Positions 51,847 through 63,400 of a DNA stretch of 64,000 nucleotides are shown piece by piece. How positions within the stretch are numbered: position 1 is the stretch's first letter; the number at the start of each line of letters is the position of its first letter. Below the pieces are notes generated by a model that did no database searches, was not told the origin of the DNA, and saw only the letters and a list, made by a program, of their open reading frames with translations. Source of the stretch: Azolla caroliniana (lineage: Eukaryota; Plantae; Polypodiophyta); the NCBI GenBank assembly GCA_043228905.1, contig JBHGNT010000004.1:13206001-13270000 (forward strand). The letters are read 5' to 3'. Made by a program: the position numbers and the translations under genes.

Positions 51847-52531
51847 TCTCGTGAAGATATGCGTGCATGCTTCCTTCGCTTGAGCAGAACCACCGGCGTC
51901 TTGGACTGGGGAGGACATTCACGAAATTGTTGAAAAGATGACGATGTGTATGTCGGAGTCGAGGAAACTAATGTCACACTTGAGAAAAACAAATATTTTT
52001 AGACTCAAGAAGAAGATAGATGTCAAGAAGAAGAATAAGAAGAGTATTATATTATTATTATTGATGATGATGATGATAATGATGATGATGATTTCCAAAT
52101 TGACCCCCCCTTACACAAGCCTTACTTGAGACTTTTATAAGTCTCTCCATGCTTGTGACATACATAAAACCATGGGCTAAAACCATGGTTTTGTGCACAC
52201 GGTTTTGCTTATGACATACACAAAACCATGGGCTTAAAACCATGGTTTTGTGTACACGGTTTTGATTGACATTTACTACCTATGAAATACTGAATATGAA
52301 AAGAAAATATACAAAATGTAAAGCACGTAGTAGTAGCTTTAGTGGTATGATAATTGCTTCTTATCTAAGATGTGCAAGGTTCAAATCCTACTTGCAACTC
52401 TCAATATGCACTCAGTGCCATCATGTTCTAGGTTTATTTATTATTATTTTCATTTTTACAAGTATTTGTGTAATGTGCATGTATCCTCAAATTTTCACTT
52501 TTTCTCGCATTAAACACGCCACATTACGACA
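51847..52531 (-). mobile_element. Element Y (685 bp), divergent relative of X, TSD CCGA/CCGG
   Basis: Removing it restores gag GWSDPVDDNT. Termini TCTCGTGAAGAT and ATTACGACA. Shares the subterminal motif and tRNA-like cassette (52334-52388) with X. Confidence 0.85.
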
Positions 52532-53190
52532 CCGGTGGATGACAACACCATACTCGCGGAAGTGATGTGCGACAACGACGAGGTGTTCGTCGAAGAAAAG
52601 AGAAAAAGACATGAAACAAGGAACGCGAAAAAGAAAGAAGATGCAGAAACGAGTCGAGCGTTACCAACGGAGGAAGGAGACTCCAGCCGGAGAGGGGAGT
52701 CGAAGAAACGGTTTGACATGTGAAGGTTGGTGTTGAAGACCCCGCTCAGAAGACAAGAACTATGCCTACCTATAAGCTAAGGTTGGACATAGAGCAGACG
52801 ATAGACCTGAAGAAGATTCTCAAGGAACGCATTCTTGAGAGCCACGTGACTTTGTCCTTGAGGGAATTACTCGGCATTACGAAGGAGTTGCATGACACGA
52901 TCATGGACCTTGTAAAGAGAAAGAGGCAACAATCGGACGAGGAAGAAGAGAAGCCCCAAAAAGCAAAAACAAATGCCATAACGATGGCAAGGGACGAAGT
53001 CGATGAAGATATGGTTGACAACCACTATACTCGACCTCATTGGGCACGGGGGACAATGGAGATGCCAGTGAAGATCGGGGGGAAGAAAGAGACCGTGGTA
53101 GCCTTGATTGACCATGGCTCAAAGATCAACCTCATGTCAACCGACTTCTACAGAAAAGGAAGATGGCCAATTAATACAAACCACAGATGG

Positions 53191-56100
53191 AAGCTTGGTT
53201 GAATGGGAAACAGAGAGGAAGATCAAGTGTCTGCGGTCGGATGGCGGGAAAAAATACTTTTCCGGACAATTCAATAGTTATCTACAGCAAAAAGGAATTC
53301 GGAGAGAGTTCAGCTGCAAAAACACACCGAAGCAAAATGGTGTGGCCGAAAGGAAGAACCAGTCGATGGTCGACGCAGCAAGGGCAATGCTGGAGGAAAA
53401 GAGCATGCCCCTTTTCTACTGGGCTGAGGTGGTCCGGACGGTTGTCTACATCCAAAACCGAATCGGTGACAAGGTCTACGCACATGAGCTGTATTTTGGG
53501 CGTAAGCCGAATTTTAGACACCTTCGGATATTCGGTAGCATTACATATGTACATGTGCCGGATGCGAAGCGGAGGAAGTTGGATGCAAAGTCAGAGAAAT
53601 GCAACTTGGTCGGTTATTCGCATGAGCAAAAGGGGTATAAGTGTTATAACCACCGGACGAAGCAGGTCCGAGTTAGCCGGGATGTTGAATTTGATGAGAC
53701 GGAGTCATGGTATGCCTTACCGGCTCCAACTTTCGACCCCGACCCGATACCGGAGGATGAGGCTAGTGAGCCTGAACTAGTCCAGTTAGAAGATGAAGAC
53801 TTCGAGACTCTAGATGTGAGTCCGGAATTGTTTCGGTTGAGCGGGCCGAACGAGCGACTGGGTCAGATAGACTAGTCGGAAGATGAACCGGTGAGTAGTG
53901 GAGACTCGTCGTGTTCCCCCCGCGCAAGGAATCTAGGAGACAGTTGACGCGCAAAGAGAAGGGGAAGAAGAAGATGTCGGGATACGAAACCGGCAACGTT
54001 GAGTCGGATCGGAGCGAATCCGACTCCGGAAAGGATGAAGGCGGACCTTCGGGAACGAAGTCCGACCTGGCCAAGAAGGGCCCCAAACCGGGTAATACCA
54101 AGTTACGCTGGTCTTCCCGCCTGAAGAACCCCTTTATGTGGTATGGGTACAATGAGTACATGGCGCATCATTATGCATACATGACCAAGGTGATGGAAGT
54201 GCGTGAACCGGAGAGCTACGCAGAAGCGGCAAAGGACGCAAATTGGCGTGCCGCTATGAAGGAAGAAATGCGGGCACTTTATGCCAACGACACATGGGAC
54301 CTACTTGACCCTCCTCGACACTATAAACCGATCGGATGTAAGTGGGTGTACAAGATAAAGTACAATGTCAACGGTTTGGTTAACTGGTACAAGGCCCGGT
54401 TAGTGGCGAAGGGATATGCGCAGACCCACGGAATCGACTACGACGAGACCTTCGCTCCGGTAGCGAAGATGACGACGGTTCGTGTGGTGCTGGCGGTTGT
54501 TGCAGCAAGGGGGTGGCATCTTCACCAGATGGATGTGAAGAATGCCTTTCTTCAAGGAAATCTTGAAGAAGAGGTCTTTATGACCCAACCCCCCAGTTTC
54601 CAGTCGGAGATGAACGAGTCGGTGGTATGGCGGCTGAAGAAGTCACTTTATGGCCTGAAGCAAGCCCCTCGAGCTTGGAATGTGAAGATCATGCACTGGT
54701 TGTGTAAGATGGGGTTTGCAGCCTCCAAGTCCGAATCTTCGTTGTTCATCCGGCAAGGTTCGGACGGTCCGGTTTGCATCTTGTTGTATGTTGATGATCT
54801 AGTCATCACCGGACCCGGACTCGATGAAATCAGTCGCGTCAAGTCCCAACTATCAAATGCATTTGAGATGAAGGACCTGGGGGACCTAAACTGTTTCCTG
54901 GGGATCGAGGTGATCCAAACCCCCGACGGCATATTGCTCTCACAAAGACACTATTTGTTGAATATGTTGTACAAGTTCGGCATGACAGAATGCCGACCGA
55001 TCTCCACACCCTTGAACCAGAACCAGAAGCTCTGTCCTGACTCCAGACCGGCCTGCGATGAGAAGCAGTTCCAACAAATCGTTAGAAGCCTTATATATTT
55101 AACAATCACCTGACCCGACATCAATTATCCGGTCATCGTGATCAGTCAATATATGCAGAAGCCGACCATGGAGCACCTTCTGTGCGTGCATCGAATTTTG
55201 CGGTATGGGAGCGGTAGAAAGGACTGGGGACTGTTATACCGACATGGTATAACTGAAGAGCTAGTCGGCTACGCCGATGCCGACTGGGCCGGTGATGCAT
55301 CAAATCGCCTATCCACCTCTGGCTATATGTTTTCCCCTGGTAGTGTGGCTATTGCGTGGAGCAGCAAAAAGCGGCAAACAGTGGCCCTTTGGAGCACTGA
55401 GGTTGAATACTGGGGCACTACCGTTGCCACCTATGAAGCCATTTGGCTTCCGCGACTGCTGCAAGACCTGCGGATCGAGGTGCCGACCCCGATCCTGATC
55501 TACTGCGACAACATAAGCAGCATGCAGCTCGCCAAGAACATCGTATTCCATGCTCGCACAAAGCATATAGAAGTGCACTACCACTTCGTGCGTGTCTTGA
55601 GCGGTGAAGTCGAACTTCGGTATGTTCATATGGATCGGCAAGTTGCTGACATCTTCACCAAACCGCTCGGATAAGAGAAGTTGCAGCACTTCACCAAAAT
55701 GCTTGCATTTAAGCATCTCAATGTGCCAGACTTGACGGGGAGAACGAGCAACGACACCGGAATGGGCAAAGGCAAAGAAATTGCCAATTGCGCCGGTGAG
55801 GGAAGAACTGGCGGCAGAGTCAAGAAGGACAGAACCGACCGGAAGAAGAAGGCCAAGACCCGAACATGGTCCGATGTGGTGAAGGGCCTGGAACCGAAAA
55901 ACGACACAGCAGCGACCGATTCGGACAAGACCTGGAACGAATCGGATACAGTCGATTCGGTTTAACAGAGGGATTCGGAAGAACCGGATCAATTCAAGGC
56001 CAAGAGGACGAGAAGGTAGCAAAAGTCGACGCCAACACGAAAGAATCGGCGAATCGGCAAGCGTCGAAGTCACAACAATGAGGGAGCTGAATTGGGCCTG

Positions 56101-56706
56101 TTGAGCAGACAAGCCGACCGAGGAGGTCGAGGTGCACAGAATCAGAAGGGTTGCGACAAACGGGACCGGACCAGACGAGGAGTGCGAATGAGGTGGAGTA
56201 ACGCCAGAAGGAGCCGGGTGGAAGGACCAGCCACCATGGAGATTGACACTACAATCAGACCTCAAGTTGAGCTTGAGGGGGAGTGTGGAGCGGCAACTCA
56301 ACCGGATCCGGATAGGTTGAATAAGCCTGAGCTAGATCGGCATCCGGAAGGATGAGCCGGATCGGTGAGCTGGTGAGCTGAGGAGCCAGTTAGCCGGATC
56401 CAACAGTAACCGAAAGCCTAGTAGCAGCCTAGACGACTAGGTAGTTAATGTATCGTAGTTAGTGTCAGACGCTCGTGTGAGCATTGAAGTACACAATACT
56501 TTTGTCAGTCCTCTTAGGACTTGTATAAATAGTGTTGTTGAGCACGATGTAAGTCCAGAGAACTATTATTGTTTTGATAATAGATTTTAGCTGTTCTGTT
56601 CTTTCTCTGTCTCTCCTGCATACCTTCTATGTGTTAATATCTTTCTCTCTCTATTGCTATTTGGCTAAGCCGGTTGTCTAACGCTTCCACACCTATGTTT
56701 TTCACA
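53191..56706 (+). mobile_element. Copia element J, 5'-truncated (IN-RT-RH-extension-PPT-3' LTR 56284-56706)
   Basis: ORFs 53108-53875, 53911-55113 (YVDD) and 55138-55674; PPT TTGAGGGGGAG. Confidence 0.92.
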
Positions 56707-57320
56707 CGATTGGATTGAATCGGTCAGGACAAACGGGACCGAACAGACGGATTGGTCAGTTGATCACGGTGCATGGTGTTTTGAAGATTTTCGGTGTAAA
56801 TACCAGACCAAAAGCCTAGTAATATTTTGTGTTTTAAAAGGGCTGTGATCAAGGCTTAAACCTTGCACCTCCAAGTTGAAAGTCAATTGGCTTACCATTA
56901 AGCCAAGTTATATTTTCAAAAGCTTTACTTTGATCATTTTACATATAAATTCTCATACATGAGAGCTTGAATGAGTGACATGGTTATCATGTAACACATG
57001 TAATACATGAGCGCGAAATGGCAAACATGCATCTCATGCATGTCTTGCACCCTCATAGGCATCATGTGCATGGAGAGGAAAAACGAGCGAGGTATTAATG
57101 AAGAAATTAAGAGGAAGAAAATTCGTTGTCCCATTTTTGTGATGTATTAATCTTGTCTCTCAATCTAAAGTCAAGCATTCTATCTTATCTCAATCTCTCT
57201 CTCTTTCAATCTATCTTAAATACTTTCTCGCTAAAGCTAGTGCAAACTTCGAATCTTTCCGGTCCAGAACCCCGACAGTTCCACCTCACGATCCGCACGT
57301 AGTGACGGATCTTCATGACA
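56707..57320 (+). mobile_element. Element X3, 3' part
   Basis: Homologous to X1 and X2; ends CTTCATGACA followed by CCAG, like X1. Confidence 0.88.
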
Positions 57321-57941
57321 CCAGATATGAGCAATTTCAACTAGCCATGGATAGCCGAAATATCACTACAATATGGACACCGATAGGATTAGTCGTGATG
57401 TGTACGCTACCACAAGGAGTGACGAATTCGGTCGCACATATGATGAATGCAATGAACAAGATGCTTCGAGACTGCATTCCGGAGATAACAATGTCGTTGC
57501 TAGATGACATTCCGATGAAAGGATGTGCGGTGGAAGAAAAGGATGAGAATATGGATGATCGGGGATGTCGAAACTTCGTAGTCGACCATATTCGCGACTG
57601 TGAGAAAGTGCTACAGAAGTTAGAAGATGTGCACTTAACACTCTCCGGAGAGAAATCAACATTCGGACAAGAAGAGATACTAGTAGCTAGACATGTATAT
57701 GGGCCCTATGGCCGAAGACCGTCACAAGCCAAGATAGATACGATTCAAGCCATGAAAGAAATATACGAGTCACAATCCAAATTCCATAGGTTTCTTGGTG
57801 CATGTGCATTTTATTACATATGGATTCCACAATATGCACACATTGCGGACCCACTCTATCACTTGTTGCGGAAGGGTAAGAAGTTCGAATGGAGACCGGA
57901 ACATACCAAAGCCATGAAAAAGCTCAAGAAAACTCTACGGA
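57321..57941 (+). pseudogene. Second near-identical copy of the K RT segment 49117-49738
   Basis: ORF 57302-57964 duplicates ORF 49098-49412 and its continuation. Confidence 0.9.
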
Positions 57942-58320
57942 AAGTGGTTGTAGTAAAAGCTTGATGTAACGGTCTTCCTCTCTCCTTCTGCTATAAAAGG
58001 AGGGGGAGAAGACTGAGGAAGGGCCCCCGTTGGAGGAGAACGTAGTGCTGCGAAACTGAGCTCTACAAACTTCCACTCCTCTCTTTCTCTGTTTCAATTG
58101 GTGGTTGTGTTGCGAGGCCTTCGTTTTGCACTGGCAGCTCGTGTGCTCTTGATCGGAGGCTCATTGTTGTTTGTGTGGGTGTGTGTGTGTGGAGCTCAAA
58201 GCTGTTTTACTGCTCGTGATCGGTTGTAACATACAGGGTTTCTCTATTAATCTACAATTTTTTGTGTTCTGAGCCATGTTCTCATCTCCGTTCTAATCTG
58301 GTTTCGTGCGTATCCGTACA
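57942..58320 (+). repeat. Probable 3' portion of an LTR
   Basis: CTATAAAAGG TATA box; ends TATCCGTACA; family not assigned. Confidence 0.5.
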
Positions 58321-58640
58321 ATGTGTGGGCCCATCTAGAATACACCATAGAATATTTCTTGAATATACTAAAGACTAGAATATTCTGAATGTACTATATG
58401 CTAGATTATACAATATTAAACCATATGTAATTTATATGTATCTTAAGGATTTCTAAATGGTTTATCTAATACTAAGTAATGGGTGTGTTCTAGGTAAAAA
58501 GTTTGAGTCTATAAGGATGTGACATTATCCTCCCTCCTACGCCACCTTCCCAAACTAGTCACCAGTTTGTGGGCATACCAAAGATGAAAATCCTGGACCA
58601 CTTACGGGGCATTTTGCAAATTCTTTGTTGGTTCCCACGT
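58321..58640 (-). mobile_element. 3' end of a second chromovirus (chromodomain tail, PPT, start of 3' LTR)
   Basis: Minus strand TWEPTKNLQNAP*VVQDFH, then PPT GGAGGGAGGATAA, then TGTCAC at about 58524. Confidence 0.72.
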
Positions 58641-58806
58641 TGTCACGATATCTCCCGTGGATGTGTAGAAACGGGGCAGGATCACCGGGGTCTTGGACCA
58701 AGGAGCCGGTAAGGGAAGAGAGGTTAACCGGATCAGTCTCAGGATAACTTCGCCGGAGCACAATCCGGACACGTATCCGACCCGAACCAGTTTTCGTATG
58801 CAGTAT

Positions 58807-59120
58807 TGTTGAGAGATCAAGCTCAACTTAGTTTAGATAGTTAGTCAACAATGTAACTTCATAGTTACCTAGATAGAATCTAGTTAGAAGTGTTGACTAT
58901 AACTCCTTAAATAGGGTTTTGTACTTGAGTGGGATACATTGTAGATCCACCACTCCATGCTCATTTAATATAGGACTTACACATTGTACCTATATTCTCC
59001 TAGCACATGTGCACCCTTGCACATGAAACCTATATATACCTCATTGAAGGTATTTTTGTATTTTGATGATGTTTTATAATATACACTCTAGTTTACTCAT
59101 CCCCCATCTGGTGTTATTCA

Positions 59121-59156
<36 letters not shown>

Positions 59157-60466
59157 TCTCACACACATACACACACATATCACATAATCTTCCACTTATT
59201 AACTTAATCAAATAATTAGGTAATAGTTATTCCTTAATTAATTACCTAATCCTTAACATGGTATCAGAGTGTGTGGTTTAGCATATCCACTAAGCCCACC
59301 CGACACTCCGTGATTGTGTGTTCAAAACACCGACGACAAATTCCGGCCATCCGCTACCGTAGTGCCGCTACGTAGCACAAGTACGTGACCGAAGAAAGAA
59401 GAGCCAACAAGGAAGACACAAAACAACATGAACACACAAATGGGTAGCTCGCTCCCTAGCGAAAAGCTAGACTGGAGCAATTATTCATCTTGGGAGTACA
59501 AGATGACCCAATACCTGGTCGGCCAAGGGTATTGGAGCTACATCAACGGCGCACTCGAGAACATGCCTGACAACACAAACGCCAACTACCCAACGTGGGA
59601 GCAAGGAGCGATTCGGGTAATGTATTGCTTGGCAACATGTGTCCACGACCATATGCTTAGCCACATTCGAGACGCCAAGACGCCTAAACAGGCGTGGGAG
59701 AACTTAAAGAAAATGTTCGCCGCCAACACGACCGCCCACAAACTTCAACTCCGGCAAGAGTTGAATAACATTCGACAAAAAGACATGTCCGTGTCCGACT
59801 AGACCGCCAAAATCAAGAGCATTTGTGACTCTCTTGGCTCCATCAACATAAACATCGACGAAGACGAGATGGTTCAAGTATGCTTGGGTGGCCTCGCACA
59901 ACGATTTGATCCACTACGAATGGCAATCTTGGCGAGAGAAAACCCTCCTTCATTCTTCAACCTCCAATCAATGCTATTGGTCGAAGAGAACCATGTTTGA
60001 ACCAAAAGCAAGACGTTGGAAGGAAAAATGTTCTTCTCGAATTCGGACGGTGGCCGAGGAGGAGGTCACGACGGTAGAAGAGGTCAATTCGACTCATCAT
60101 ACGAAGGGAACTCAAACCTTCACGGAAGCCATCGAGGAACCTTTGAAAGAAGTGGGAGCTTCCAAGCCGAACAAGGTCGGCAAACGAGGCCCGCAACTTG
60201 CAATTATTGCGGAAAAATCGGCCACTATGAGGCGGAGTGTCGGAAGGTGTTGTCAAGCCGACAACTCACAAACTACGCCAACAACTCTGAATACAATGAT
60301 TACGATGGACTCTATGACGGCCTCCAACTTTGCAAGCGCCTACAACTCGGAAGACGTGTGGTTTGTCGATTCCGGCGCCTCACATCACATGACATCTCAC
60401 GAAGAGTGGTTTCATGATTTACGAAAGCCGGATTGACCCGGCTTCATAGAAACGGGAGACGACACC
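58807..60466 (+). mobile_element. Copia element M, 5' part (LTR 58807-59258, PBS, gag, protease start)
   Basis: TGTTGAG...TTAACA; TGGTATCAGAG at 59259; gag from 59428 with CNYCGKIGHYEAEC; WFVDSGASHHM. Inserted in another LTR-like start (58641-58806). Confidence 0.88.
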
Positions 60467-63400
60467 ACTTCTTCGTCTGCTGCTGCCTGTGGTCTGAGGT
60501 CGGGGTGTAGGTGTTCTGCGCGTCGGATCTTGCTGTCTTGAGCCTGCGTTTGCTTGTGGGAAAATTCGTAAAAAGTGAACCCTTCCCCGGTTCTTCCTTT
60601 ATATAGTGGCGTTTCCTTCGAGCCGCCTTTTCCTGTTTTTCGCGCGTCCCCTGCCATAATTAGCATGTCACTCTTTAATTTTGACGGCTGCACGTGTTCT
60701 GCCATAATTAGCATGTCACTTTTTAATTTTTGACGGCTGCACGTGTTCTGCCTATTTTTGGCGCCTGCGCATGCTGTGTCATGAATAGTATGTCTGTCCT
60801 TTGCTGCCGCGTGTCATGCTTGCGTTTCTTTGCCGCGTGTGTCGAATCTCCTACGTGTCTGTCATTATGACTCCTTAATTGACGCGCGTTTTAAATTCTG
60901 TACATCGGCCCCCCACGTTCTGTGCTTTAAATAGCTCGTGCACCCGTTGTAACTACCTCCTTCATCATTACCATGATTTTCTTGATCTTCTTGTCTTGAA
61001 TTTTCTTGACCGTAGCACCACGTCATCATTTTTTTTATTTTTAATTTTTTTTTTATTTTTATTTTATTTTTATTTTTTTTAAAGCATATGCCGCATCATT
61101 GTTCGGTTCCCCCCGATGTGTTCGGGTCGGTGCGCACTGTTGTCGGTTCCTCGTCGTTGTTACGCGTCGGTGTCGGTTCCTCGCCATTCGGGCTTTCCGG
61201 GTCTTGCTTGAAGGGGTTAGCTGGCATGTGCCCCTTATACGGTTTTAGGCGAAAACCATTTGCCCATTTGCCCACAACTTCTCCTGACAACGTCCCGAGC
61301 TGGTAAGACCCATTGTACTCCTTTGTGATCCAGAATGGTCCGGTCCACCGAAATCGCAATTTCCCTGGCATGCTCCCCATCCTTGTCTGGAACAGTAATA
61401 CAGGTTTCCCGACCTCGAATTCCTTTTCGTTACCGCGCCGGTGTCGGTCTACAAAGGCTTTCCTCCTCCTTTGCTCTAGTTCTAGCTGTAGCAGGCTGGC
61501 TATTCGATTTTCTTCCAGTTCTAACAACATCTTCAGCCGGATTTGTTCGGATTCCTTCTCGCTTAACCGCTCCTTAACCTGTATTCTTAAGCTAGGAATT
61601 TGGAATTCTACTGGCATGACTGCTTCCAAGCCGAATGCCAGTCGGAACGGGGTCGTCCGGATGCTGGTCTTGTACGCCGTTCGGTACGCCCACAGCACGC
61701 TCTGCAACTTCGTGTCCCAGTCGGTCCGGTTCTCATTGACGATTTTTCTAAGGATGTTCTGTAGCGTTTTATTCGTTGATTCCGCTAATCCGTTGGCTTG
61801 AGGGTAGTAGGGAGTGCTTCGTTTGTGTACTACCGCATAGAATGATGTCAAACTTTCCACCACCTGCCCGAGGAAATGTCCTCCCTGGTCACTGATCAGC
61901 TCAATCGGGCATCCGTACCGACACCATATGCATTCATATAAAAATTTGGCCGTGGACGCCGCCGTGTTGTCCCGTAGTGCCTTTGCTTCTACCCATTTCG
62001 TGCAGTAGTCGGTAGCCACTATTATATACCGATTTCCGGTCCGCATTGCCGGTGGCTTAAAGGGGCCGACAAAGTCTAAGCCCCACTTTTGGAATGGTTC
62101 TAATGGCAAGACCGGGTGATGTGGCATCCGGCCTGCTCCGTGGGTTGGCCCAGTCGTTGACACAGGTCGCATTCCCTGCTATACTTAACGGCATCTCTCA
62201 TGGTAGTCGGCCACCATAGTCCGCTCTGCCATATCTTCCGGGCTGTTGTTTCGCCGGCATAATGCCCGCCTGCAATTCCACAGTGGGCTTCCCTCAGGAT
62301 CAGATCCTTTTCATCGCTCCGCACTGCTCGCCTCCATACGCCATCTGCCCCCTTGTGATAGAGGGTGTCTCCTACCAAGCAGAAATGTCTGCTCCGTACT
62401 GCCATCCTCTTCCGTTCGTCTCGGTCCAGGTTTTCCGGGGGGACTCCGGTGCTCAGGAACTGATGCATTTCGGTTAACCATTTGTCTTCGTCCGCTACGG
62501 TGGTCTCCGTTGCCGGTGTCGTCGTGACCTTAAACAGCTCGGCGTCGGGAAATTCGTCCTGTACGCCGTCCCCTGGTTCTCCGGATTCTAGCCTGCTCAG
62601 GTAGTCTGCTACCGCATGCTGCACCCCGGGTCGGTGGAAAATGTCGAATTCGAATTCCTGTAATAGCAGCGTCCACCGTGCGAGTTTTCCTGTCAGGGCT
62701 GCCTTTGACACCAGGTAGAGTAGTGCCGAGTGGTCAACGTGGAAAGAGAACTTTCGTCCGAGCAGATAGTGCCTGTACTTTGTGACACTGTACACCATTC
62801 CTAATGCCTCTCGTTCCGTTGTAGAGTAGTTCCGTTCGGCTTTCGAGAGTTTCCTGCTTGCGTAGTACACCGGCCGATACCATTTCGGTTCCGTGAGTTG
62901 CATCAAAACGCTGCCGATTGCTACGTCCGACGCGTCGACGAAGACGTGAAAGCTTTTACTCCAGTCTGGCGGCTGCACCACCGGAGCTTGTGACAGCATG
63001 ACCTTCAACGCTTGGTAGGCTGCCTCCTCCGTTTCTGTCCATTGGAAAGGTACTCTATGTACAGCAACGTGCAATGGTGTCGCAAAGTCGGCAAGGTGCC
63101 GTATCATCCGACTATGCCACCTTATTTGACCAAGGAATCGGCTTAAAGCTTTTGCGCTATTCGGTGCCGGTGCGTCGAGAATTGCTTTTACCTTATCCGG
63201 ATCCACCGCGATTCCTTCTCGACTCACCACGTGGCCTAACAAATTGCCGCTTGCGACTCCAAAGACGCACTTAGCCGGGTTCAGACTTAATCGGTACTCG
63301 CGGCACTTTTCTAAGCATAGTCGTAGGTGATCGAGATGCTCTCCGTGTCGGCTGTAGACGGCGAAATCGTCTAGGAAGACCTGCATAAAACCGGGAATAA

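Larger units (their letters stand above)
49739..53190 (+). pseudogene. Gypsy K copy 2: gag (CVWCDSMDHMRRDC knuckle) to protease start, interrupted by X2 and Y
   Basis: ORFs 50856-51854, 52535-52723 and 52720-53202 (ALIDHGSKINLM). Confidence 0.82.

Noticed and set aside
55309-56301. 330-aa minus-strand ORF
   Set aside because: It is the antisense shadow of the J RNase H and extension, and is not kept open at this length in sibling copies.
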